A DNA stretch of 64,000 nucleotides from contig JBAYGW010000003.1 of the NCBI GenBank assembly GCA_041666485.1, positions 16,415 to 80,414 of the forward strand, in the 5' to 3' direction. This DNA is from Patescibacteria group bacterium (GTDB lineage: Bacteria; Patescibacteriota; Patescibacteriia; UM-FILTER-42-10). This document shows, in pieces, positions 30,435 to 38,734 of this stretch; the first letter of the stretch is position 1, and every line of letters starts with the position of its first letter. The notes under the pieces are model-generated. The model saw nothing but the letters and a program-made list of their open reading frames with translations. It had not been told where the DNA came from and did not search any database. The position numbers were made by a program, and so were the translations under genes.

Positions 30435-30812
30435 ATGAATGAAAATGTCATAGTCAAAGAGTCAAGTATCAATAATAAAGGCGTTTTTGCCACACGCGAT
30501 TTTAAAAAGGGTGAAGTAGTGCTCCCCTGGCAGACAAATACTATCCTAACCATGGAAGAAGTTAAAAAATTGCCGGCATCAGAAAGAAACTATATCGCCA
30601 ACTATGCGGGGGGTAAATATCTGCATCAACAAGAGCCGGAAAGATATGTTAACCACTCCTGCGATCCGAATACAGAAACTGGTGATGATTGTGACGTAGC
30701 GATCAGAGATATTAAATCTGGTGAAGAAATTACTTCCGATTATTCCAAGGCAAAGTTTAATATGCACTTTGTATGCAACTGCGGGAGTAAAAATTGCCGC
30801 AAGTATATTTAA
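30435..30812 (+). CDS. SET-domain protein-lysine methyltransferase
   Basis: GVFATRDFKKGEVV, RYVNHSCDPNTE, GEEITSDY, post-SET CNCGSKNCR. Confidence 0.75.
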   Translation: MNENVIVKESSINNKGVFATRDFKKGEVVLPWQTNTILTMEEVKKLPASERNYIANYAGGKYLHQQEPERYVNHSCDPNTETGDDCDVAIRDIKSGEEITSDYSKAKFNMHFVCNCGSKNCRKYI

Positions 30813-30838
30813 GTATATATACTTTAAATGATTGAATC

Positions 30839-31297
30839 ATGTCGGATCAACGAAAAGTAATCCCGGGAGTACATCTCATTTTCCAAAAATATAATAATGA
30901 CATCGGCGAGAACGAGTATCTGCTCCACAAGCGCATGAATACCAACTTTTTTGACAAACACTTTTCCGTTCCCGGCGGGCATATTGATGATTATGAAACC
31001 CCTACCGACTGCGTGGTACGCGAAGGAAAAGAAGAACTTGGTGTGGATATTGATCCAAAATACATAAAATTTGCTAATGTACTTTACAGGATTAAAAAAT
31101 CCGATCATGAAGTGCGCATTGACTTTTGCTACATCATTACCAAATGGAAAGGCATATTGAAGGCCAATGAACAGCATAAACACTCTGAGCCGGCCTGGTA
31201 TCCACTCAGCAAATTCCCTACACCCGTAGTTCCTTATGTATTGCAGGCAATACAAGATATTGAAAGTGGAATTGCATACACAAAGACAGATATTTAG
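30839..31297 (+). CDS. NUDIX hydrolase
   Basis: PGGHIDDYETPTDCVVREGKEELGV. Confidence 0.75.
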   Translation: MSDQRKVIPGVHLIFQKYNNDIGENEYLLHKRMNTNFFDKHFSVPGGHIDDYETPTDCVVREGKEELGVDIDPKYIKFANVLYRIKKSDHEVRIDFCYIITKWKGILKANEQHKHSEPAWYPLSKFPTPVVPYVLQAIQDIESGIAYTKTDI

Positions 31298-31351
31298 TGG
31301 GGAATAAGAATCATAATAATAACCTGGGTGCAAGAATTTAATTCAATATAA

Positions 31352-31789
31352 ATGTTTACAATCGGAACATTCGGCATAATCAAAGATGAAAATGAACGGG
31401 TATTACTCTGTCACCGCCGGGATTATGATTTTTGGAATCTGCCTGGAGGCGGAGTAAAAGAAAATGAAACTCCCTGGGACGCTGTAATTCGGGAAATAAG
31501 GGAAGAAACGGGACTGGAAGCTCGGATCACTCACCTCTCGGGCGTGTACAGCAAGCCGGATAAAAATGAAATTGTGTTTTCTTTTGTTTGCGAAATAGCG
31601 GGCGGGGAAACTACTTTAACTGACGAGGCGGACAAAATAGCATATTTTGAAGTTGACCAGATTCCTAAAAATACTTCCCCGAAACAAGTGGAACGGATCA
31701 AAGATTATTTTGCTGATCCATCCAAAACCCACTACAAGGCGCAAACCGGCGCGTCATCAATTGATCTGATCAAAGCGGGAAGACTTTAA
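31352..31789 (+). CDS. NUDIX hydrolase
   Basis: LPGGGVKENETPWDAVIREIREETGLE. Confidence 0.8.
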   Translation: MFTIGTFGIIKDENERVLLCHRRDYDFWNLPGGGVKENETPWDAVIREIREETGLEARITHLSGVYSKPDKNEIVFSFVCEIAGGETTLTDEADKIAYFEVDQIPKNTSPKQVERIKDYFADPSKTHYKAQTGASSIDLIKAGRL

Positions 31790-31854
31790 AATTCAGAATA
31801 AATTTAAAACAGTTTATGCAATAAACTGTTCTTTGTTAACAAAAAAACTTAACA

Positions 31855-33075
31855 TTAAAACTTGCTCTTCCTTAAAATATATACCATCAAAACCAATTGA
31901 CAGATACCGACTGCCAATGGAGCCATTAACAGTCCCGTTTTTTGTGAAGTAATTTGAATTATGAATAATAGTATCAGGACGCTAGATATCCTACCGATGT
32001 TCAAAAACAATTCTTTGTCAAAAATATACATGTATTGATTATTCAGCTTCTCATTAGACTCATCGTCCATGATATCTAATACTAGTGGCTCAATCGTTAA
32101 CCACTGAAAAATAGTGGTAATTCCTGAAAATAAAACAAAAATTAAAATATTCAGTGGATGCTCCAGTAATAACAATAAAACAGAAAATATTATATATGAC
32201 GACAATGATACAAAATAAACCGGCTTTCTATGATTATGTTTTGCTAAACGTCCGTACAGATAAGTAATAACCACCACGAATAATGTTACAATCGTGCTGA
32301 TCGTCCCCAGTACCCCTTCTTCGCCAAGGTAAAACAAAATCAGTAAAGTCGGCAGAAAAAAACCGATTCCTTCCAGGATGCCCATGGCAAAACTGATTAA
32401 TCTTACTTTATTCCATTTTGGAGAGATGTGAAATTGGATTATTTTATTTACTTTAGGCGATACATAATCAGTTTTCAAAACCACCATTCCTGAATATATT
32501 AACACTATCATGGCCAGTAGACTTAAAACCCAATATGCTGTTGTCGGCGTATATAACCCGTTACCTTCACCCAAAACAATCAGCCACCCTACTAAAAATG
32601 TAACAATGAGGGATATTAAAGAATTCAATAAGGAAGCGATACTGTAAAAATAATTCCTATGCTGGGATTTCGCTTCCTGAAATGATAAAAAATTCCGGTT
32701 AGCCCAATAAATTCCGGCGCCGAAACCATAAAACCCCCCGTAAGCAAAAAAATTCCAAACACTACTGCCTGAAAAAAATACTGTGACTACTATTGAAACG
32801 GCGGAAACAATCAAACCGACCAAATACAACCGGGCAATCTTTATTCTTTTTAACATCAGACCGTTGACATAAAAACCAAGCGGCAATAAAACAAAAAATC
32901 CGACATTATAAATTACCACATCCGGCAGCGATGAAGTACTCCGCCAGATAAATGAATTGATGAATAATGATAATAGTGGAGATGCAATACTACGCAGTGT
33001 AAATGAAATCATCAGCAGCCGAGACTTCAGAGGAAGAGTTTGATAATGATTCCATTCACGTAAAATAATATTCAT
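31855..33075 (-). CDS. polytopic membrane transporter (MFS-like, ~12 TM)
   Basis: hydropathy pattern only. Confidence 0.45.
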   Translation of the reverse strand: MNIILREWNHYQTLPLKSRLLMISFTLRSIASPLLSLFINSFIWRSTSSLPDVVIYNVGFFVLLPLGFYVNGLMLKRIKIARLYLVGLIVSAVSIVVTVFFSGSSVWNFFAYGGFYGFGAGIYWANRNFLSFQEAKSQHRNYFYSIASLLNSLISLIVTFLVGWLIVLGEGNGLYTPTTAYWVLSLLAMIVLIYSGMVVLKTDYVSPKVNKIIQFHISPKWNKVRLISFAMGILEGIGFFLPTLLILFYLGEEGVLGTISTIVTLFVVVITYLYGRLAKHNHRKPVYFVSLSSYIIFSVLLLLLEHPLNILIFVLFSGITTIFQWLTIEPLVLDIMDDESNEKLNNQYMYIFDKELFLNIGRISSVLILLFIIQITSQKTGLLMAPLAVGICQLVLMVYILRKSKF

Positions 33076-33191
33076 AAGGCAATGAATGTTTGATAACTTG
33101 AATATAACTGCATTGTAGTGTTTTTCAAAGCTACGGTCAATCTAAAAACTGTCCCTCAATTAATCCGAGGGACAGTTTTATATTAGTTAAT

Positions 33192-34784
33192 TTATTGGAT
33201 GATTCCTCCACCCACCTGAACGCCGTTTCGGTATTCAATTGCATAAGGGAAAAATCCGGCATTGATGATCGGCTGGCCGTAGCGGTTGAAAATTCTGACA
33301 TGCGGTCCTCCGCCCGGCCCGGCACCGGTAATGATTTCATCCCTACCATCCTGATCCAAATCAGCGATTCCGACATTTACTCCCCCTCGGAATGCGGTAT
33401 CATAGGCGAAAAATCCCGGAGTGAACTTAATATTGCCATAGGGGTCAAAAATTCTGACGTGCGCTCCCATTCGTACATTGGTTCCGGTAATTATCTCGTC
33501 CCGTCCGTCTTTATCCAGGTCGCCGGCGGCAACTTTAATGCCGTGCCGGAGATCTTCACGATACGCAAAAAATCCCGGAGAAAATTTCAGATTGCCGTCT
33601 CCGCCAAAAACACGTACATGCGGACCGCCGCCGGATTCTGTACCGGTAATTATTTCTGATTTACCGTCTCCGTCCAGATCGCCGGCTGCAACTTTTACAC
33701 CCAGTAAATAGTTATAATTATAGGCGGAAAATTCCTTTAACAAATAATATTTTCCGTCACGATATTCAAATACTCTTACTAAGTGCCCGCCGACTCCGGC
33801 GCCAGTGATTATTTCTTTTGTTCCGTTACCGTTTACATCCCCAATCGCAACATTGACACCGCCGCCGAAATTTTCGTCATAAGCCATGAAAGAATTTATC
33901 TGTATTCCTTCAATATTAAACAATCTGACTTCCGGTTTTCTGCCGTCCTGCGGACCGACAACGACTTCCGCTATCCCGTCCAGTGTGATATCACCAACAG
34001 CCAGATTTACTCCGCCGAGAAATTCTTTTTCATATACCAAAAATTCTCTGACAAAATTGCCGTCTTTTCCGAAAACTTTAACGTATGGCTCCTCCCATTT
34101 GCTGGTAGCAACAACAATGCCGGTTGATTTTGAGTCACCGATAACCTGAGGAGTTGGAATATTTGTCTGATCATCATCCTTGATCGGGACAGACGGTGTT
34201 GTCCGTGCAGTAATTTTCAGTTTATCCTGATTGCTGAAACTAAACATCATTGATGCTTCATAAGCATTTCTATCAGCATAATAGATATCTACCGTATGTT
34301 TGGATTCTGTTATCGTCTCTATTGCTGTTTTAGTACGTGCGGCATGAACACCGGAATTATCAATCACCAATCTTCCGTCAAAATATACCCATGAATCATC
34401 ATCACTGGTTATGGACAGGACATAGTCGCCAGGAAAATCGGTTGTAACATAAGACTGCCAGTGAACACCGAAATTTCGGTCGTGTCCCAGATTATCCTCT
34501 TCCTTTGCAGAATCAAACGGGAAAAAATTATTACCAAAATTCAAATTATCATCAATTCTGGCAAAACGAAAATACTTATTGTCATACCAGTCAGTATCCC
34601 AAGTGCCTAGCGGATTGCCGTGATTATTATCAGGCCACTTCGCACTGGGAACTGCCATATCAGGATGTAACTCAGAATAGTTATAATACCTGCCATACCA
34701 GCCGGTATCACCTTCCGCACTACGTACCCCGAACGGGATAAATAATCCGACTACTGCCAAAATTAATATTGATTTTTTAATCAT
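33192..34784 (-). CDS. secreted PA14-domain + FG-GAP-repeat (beta-propeller) protein
   Basis: Signal peptide; PA14-like GDYVLSITSDDDSWVYFDGRLVIDN; >=5 repeats of G(D/N)xDxDGxxEIITG. Confidence 0.7.
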   Translation of the reverse strand: MIKKSILILAVVGLFIPFGVRSAEGDTGWYGRYYNYSELHPDMAVPSAKWPDNNHGNPLGTWDTDWYDNKYFRFARIDDNLNFGNNFFPFDSAKEEDNLGHDRNFGVHWQSYVTTDFPGDYVLSITSDDDSWVYFDGRLVIDNSGVHAARTKTAIETITESKHTVDIYYADRNAYEASMMFSFSNQDKLKITARTTPSVPIKDDDQTNIPTPQVIGDSKSTGIVVATSKWEEPYVKVFGKDGNFVREFLVYEKEFLGGVNLAVGDITLDGIAEVVVGPQDGRKPEVRLFNIEGIQINSFMAYDENFGGGVNVAIGDVNGNGTKEIITGAGVGGHLVRVFEYRDGKYYLLKEFSAYNYNYLLGVKVAAGDLDGDGKSEIITGTESGGGPHVRVFGGDGNLKFSPGFFAYREDLRHGIKVAAGDLDKDGRDEIITGTNVRMGAHVRIFDPYGNIKFTPGFFAYDTAFRGGVNVGIADLDQDGRDEIITGAGPGGGPHVRIFNRYGQPIINAGFFPYAIEYRNGVQVGGGIIQ

Positions 34785-34912
34785 TTTCTTTCAAATTATA
34801 TATTTATCAGCAACGTTGGATACTATCACATTTGTATCCCCCTGTCAATACCTGAAGAAAAAACGCTAAATTTAGCGTTAATTAAAGTCTATAATAATTC
34901 ATTATTCAAACC

Positions 34913-36415
34913 TTAGGTAATTGTAAAAATATTGATTTTTTCAATCGCTTTCTTTGCCAGTTCAATTCTTTCCCTGCGATTCGCGTAAAAAGTGAACAGT
35001 TTACTACCCTTTTTAACTTCCTGTCCAACCCTTTTGTGGAGGTAAATGCCGGCCAATTTTTCTGAAGGCGCACCTAGTGTTCTCGCAATTTCGTCAATTG
35101 CTTTATTATCTACTGCGGTTATTTTACCTGACTTTGCGGAAAGTACACGGTAATACTCACCGCCTAAGACCACTGCGTCGGAATCAATTGTAGAATTACC
35201 ACCCTGTTCCTTGATCACCACCTGCATTTTTTTCCACGCCTTACCTGATACCAGAATTTCTTCCGCAACTGATTTTCCCTTACCGCGCGCCACCTGCCCC
35301 GATATTTCCAGAAGTTTTCCCGCCAAAACCAGTGCTTTATCTTCTAAATCTTTCGGCCTGTTACTTTTTTGCTGCAATACCCGGAGAACATCGCGTGATT
35401 CCAAGGCCGGTCCAACCCCTCTGCCGACCGGTTCATTGGCAAAAATTTTTTCAACATGTATTTTAATCCCAAAACGCTTGCCAAGATACATAAACTTTTT
35501 TTCAATCTCATTCGCGGTCTTCATATCCGGAATTTTTGAGGTGATTCCGACCGGCATATCAATCACCAGATACTTGATACCCATGGCAACTTTTTTCGCC
35601 ATAATACTTACCACCATTTTATCAAACGGTTCCAAGGAGAGTGGTTTTGTCACCTGAATAATCAAATCATCCGCCGGAGCAATATTTAAACCACCGCCCC
35701 AGATCATACATACTTTGTTTTTCATCACCATTTGTTTGATTCTGGTCATGGAAAATCCGACCGGAGCCAATACTTCCATAGTATCCGCCGTACCCGACGG
35801 TGAAGTGATCGCCCGGGAGGAGGTTTTTGGAATATATAAACCAAAGGCTGCAACAATCGGAACAACAATCATAGTTGTCCTATTGCCGGCCAAACCGCCG
35901 ACGGAATGTTTATCAACTACAATTTTATTTCCGGAAAATCTCAACTGCTCGCCGGTTTCCGCAATTGATTTTGTAAGATAATACAGCTCCAGTGGAGTAT
36001 AAGGCCTTGCAAAACTAGACGCGACAAAATATGATGTTTCCACCGGTCCGAGTCTGCGGCTGACAATATCTGCTATGATTGAATGAATTTCCTCATAACT
36101 TAAAACACCGCCCTTAATTTTCTTATTAATTGCTTTTACTGATTCCGGACGTTCAACGATTGAAACCTCAATGATTTGATCTTTCTTCATCGGGTACTTC
36201 GCCCAGATCTCTTCAAAAAAACCGATCTCCCCCGGCTTTATTTCATTTTCCGCCAGGTTTACAGTAGCAAATATTCTTTTACGGTTATGCCAGGACAAAC
36301 CGATATGGTCATTAGCATGAATACCAAAATTGAGGGCTTCTTTTTCATTTAAAAGCACCTTCGGCATCTCGCCGGTTTCAATATCAATTTTTTTTGCCCT
36401 TAAATAAAATGCCAT
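34913..36415 (-). CDS. AMP phosphorylase (thymidine-phosphorylase family, archaeal DeoA-type)
   Basis: Near full-length similarity to Thermococcus AMPpase incl. HSVGGLAGNRTTMIVVPIVAA, PKTSSRAITSPSGTADTMEV. Confidence 0.85.
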   Translation of the reverse strand: MAFYLRAKKIDIETGEMPKVLLNEKEALNFGIHANDHIGLSWHNRKRIFATVNLAENEIKPGEIGFFEEIWAKYPMKKDQIIEVSIVERPESVKAINKKIKGGVLSYEEIHSIIADIVSRRLGPVETSYFVASSFARPYTPLELYYLTKSIAETGEQLRFSGNKIVVDKHSVGGLAGNRTTMIVVPIVAAFGLYIPKTSSRAITSPSGTADTMEVLAPVGFSMTRIKQMVMKNKVCMIWGGGLNIAPADDLIIQVTKPLSLEPFDKMVVSIMAKKVAMGIKYLVIDMPVGITSKIPDMKTANEIEKKFMYLGKRFGIKIHVEKIFANEPVGRGVGPALESRDVLRVLQQKSNRPKDLEDKALVLAGKLLEISGQVARGKGKSVAEEILVSGKAWKKMQVVIKEQGGNSTIDSDAVVLGGEYYRVLSAKSGKITAVDNKAIDEIARTLGAPSEKLAGIYLHKRVGQEVKKGSKLFTFYANRRERIELAKKAIEKINIFTIT

Positions 36416-36480
36416 GATTAGTAATTCGTAATTAGCAATTGGTAATTAGTAATTAGCAACGTGTAATTCGCTGTATAATG
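36416..36480 (-). promoter_or_regulatory. tandem AATTAC-repeat array in leader of AMP phosphorylase gene
   Basis: cgAATTACacgttgctAATTACtAATTACcaattgctAATTACgAATTACtaatcATG (read toward gene); near-identical array before guaB. Confidence 0.35.
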
Positions 36481-36516
36481 CCGTATGTACAGGTCTGATA
36501 TTAAGATGTAAAAAAA

Positions 36517-37800
36517 TTACTTATCCCCATCCTTCCAATGTCTGAGCGCAACGGCTAACTCTCCGTGGTCTTTGGCATACTCATCCAGATCAATCCCCGC
36601 AAGCGTCGCGTCTAATGCCTGTTTAACGGCTGTCGCTCCGGCAAATGTTCCTTCCGGATGACCATGGATACCCCCGCCAAAATTCAGAATTACATCTTTG
36701 CCGAATATTTTATAAAGCGAAGGTATTAAATTGGGATACAACCCGCCTGATGCGATCGGGAATGTTGATTTAATATTAAACCACTTACTGCGCAGAAAAT
36801 CATCTATTTCAACTACATCACTTTTTCCACCCTCCATTTTCCCCACAACCGTGCCGGTGTGCAGCTGATCAATACCTGCCAGACGCGCCAATTTTGACAG
36901 CACTAGCATACTCATTCCATGTTTTTGGTTCTTAGTGAACATAGAATGCCCAGCTCTGTGACCGTGAATTATAAGACCTAAATCCCGTTTGCGTAACATT
37001 TGCACATTATCAAGTCCTACGGAAACCATGTCAATCATTACCACTTCACCGCCGAGGCTTTTGACCAGCTGCGCTCTTTTGATCATTTCATCCGGTTGTG
37101 CTGTTACATTAAACACGCACAATTTTTTGCAGCCTGTTTCTTTTTCCGCTTTATCCCTCATTTTAAGAGTAAGCCGGACTCGCTGATCAAATCGGCTGAA
37201 AGAAAGGTCGGTTAAATTTTCATCATCTTTGACCAGATCAATTCCACCGATAAAGACCTGGTAAGACAGTGTGGCATGCTGCAGAGCGGACAAGCCCAGC
37301 TTTGGTTTCAGAATTGATCCCAGTATGGGCCGGTCATAAATTCCCATAATGCGCCTGATCCCTTTTATGCCGAAACGCGGGCCCTGAAAACTTTCAACAT
37401 ATTCTTTCGGAAAGTCTACATCCACTAATCTGAGATTCCTTATGATCTTCATACTAAAAACATTACCCGCCACACCGGATAAAAATTGCGGGATGCTCCC
37501 CTTTTCAAAAAGCGCCAAGGGATAGGCAACTTTGAATGTATGGGCTTTTTTATCAATATCATATGCTTTCGCGCTCAGCTTCGTGAATGTTGCTTTGGAT
37601 AATGTGGCAAGATCCGTCCAGGTTCCAATAGAAGATTCCGCCGCCACTCCGCCCGCCGCATCGTTAAAATCAACATTGGTATCCATATAGAATGAAGCGA
37701 CAAGTTCTGTTTTCTTCGGCTGATAGCTTTTTTTTACAAATTTTTGGTAAAATTTATTCATATTATAGATTCTTGAAAATCCATGGATAATGCTTTTCAA
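36517..37800 (-). CDS. rbcL: ribulose-1,5-bisphosphate carboxylase large subunit, form II/III
   Basis: KPKLG carbamylation site, GGIDLVKDDEN, IHGHRAGHSMF, GGGIHGHP; alternative start at 37761. Confidence 0.88.
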   Translation of the reverse strand: MKSIIHGFSRIYNMNKFYQKFVKKSYQPKKTELVASFYMDTNVDFNDAAGGVAAESSIGTWTDLATLSKATFTKLSAKAYDIDKKAHTFKVAYPLALFEKGSIPQFLSGVAGNVFSMKIIRNLRLVDVDFPKEYVESFQGPRFGIKGIRRIMGIYDRPILGSILKPKLGLSALQHATLSYQVFIGGIDLVKDDENLTDLSFSRFDQRVRLTLKMRDKAEKETGCKKLCVFNVTAQPDEMIKRAQLVKSLGGEVVMIDMVSVGLDNVQMLRKRDLGLIIHGHRAGHSMFTKNQKHGMSMLVLSKLARLAGIDQLHTGTVVGKMEGGKSDVVEIDDFLRSKWFNIKSTFPIASGGLYPNLIPSLYKIFGKDVILNFGGGIHGHPEGTFAGATAVKQALDATLAGIDLDEYAKDHGELAVALRHWKDGDK

Positions 37801-38719
37801 CTAAATAAGCAACATCACGTGGCTTAATAATACCAAATTCACAAATTATTCCTTTGATGAATTTAGATGGAATGCGGTCAAAAGCGAAATTGATTATTTT
37901 TAATCCTTTCGGACCGTTCGGCCAGATTTCTTTGCGATCCCGCAATTCAATGCCAACATATTTGCTGATAAATGTTTCCGGATCGGTTTTTAAAAGTGAA
38001 GCGGCGACATAAACCGGAATTTTTTCGTGGTTAGCAACCTGGGCGATTCCGTAGCTACCGACTTTGTTGATCACTGAGCCGCCGGATGTAACCGAGTCTG
38101 CACCCAAAAAAGCAATATCCACCATCACTTCCCGGCCACTGGTTCTGCTGATCAGAAAAGCGGCAGCTGAATCAGCCACCATTGTGACGTCAATCTTTCG
38201 CTTTAATAGATTCTTAGCTGTTATTCGCCCCTGGAAAAGCGGGCGGGTTTCTGTACAAAAAACATGCGGCATCTTTGAATGTTTATTAGCCTCAGTAATA
38301 ATATGCTCCACAGTTGAAGAATGGCAGTGCGTGAATACTTTCATATCTTGCTTAATCAGTTTTGCGCCGGCTACGGCAATTTTTTGATCATGATATTTCA
38401 GCAAAACTAAAAAAAGATGGCAAGCTTTTTTTAGCAACTTCGCCAACTCAGGCACGGATAAACCTTCTTTATTATTCTCTAAATAATGTAAAACGAATTG
38501 GACTGAATTACGGGACAGCGGTTCGGTCGGCCTTGCTTCCGCCAAGGCTTTGCCACTTTTACGAATAGCAGAAAGAAACTGGCTTTTATTTTTTTTTAGC
38601 AATTGATTACTTTCCAACTGCAACGCGTCCAAAATTACTTTGGTTATCTGCGTTGCACCCTGTATTTCTAAAGATGCTATTTTTGTTACTGTTTTTTGTA
38701 CTGCGCTATTCATAAACAC
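37763..38719 (-). CDS. ribose-1,5-bisphosphate isomerase (eIF-2B alpha/beta/delta family)
   Basis: e2b2-family core …VTMVADSAAAFL…FLGADSVTSGGSVINKVGSYG. Confidence 0.72.
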   Translation of the reverse strand: MFMNSAVQKTVTKIASLEIQGATQITKVILDALQLESNQLLKKNKSQFLSAIRKSGKALAEARPTEPLSRNSVQFVLHYLENNKEGLSVPELAKLLKKACHLFLVLLKYHDQKIAVAGAKLIKQDMKVFTHCHSSTVEHIITEANKHSKMPHVFCTETRPLFQGRITAKNLLKRKIDVTMVADSAAAFLISRTSGREVMVDIAFLGADSVTSGGSVINKVGSYGIAQVANHEKIPVYVAASLLKTDPETFISKYVGIELRDRKEIWPNGPKGLKIINFAFDRIPSKFIKGIICEFGIIKPRDVAYLVEKHYPWIFKNL

Positions 38720-38734
38720 AGTATACCATTTATA

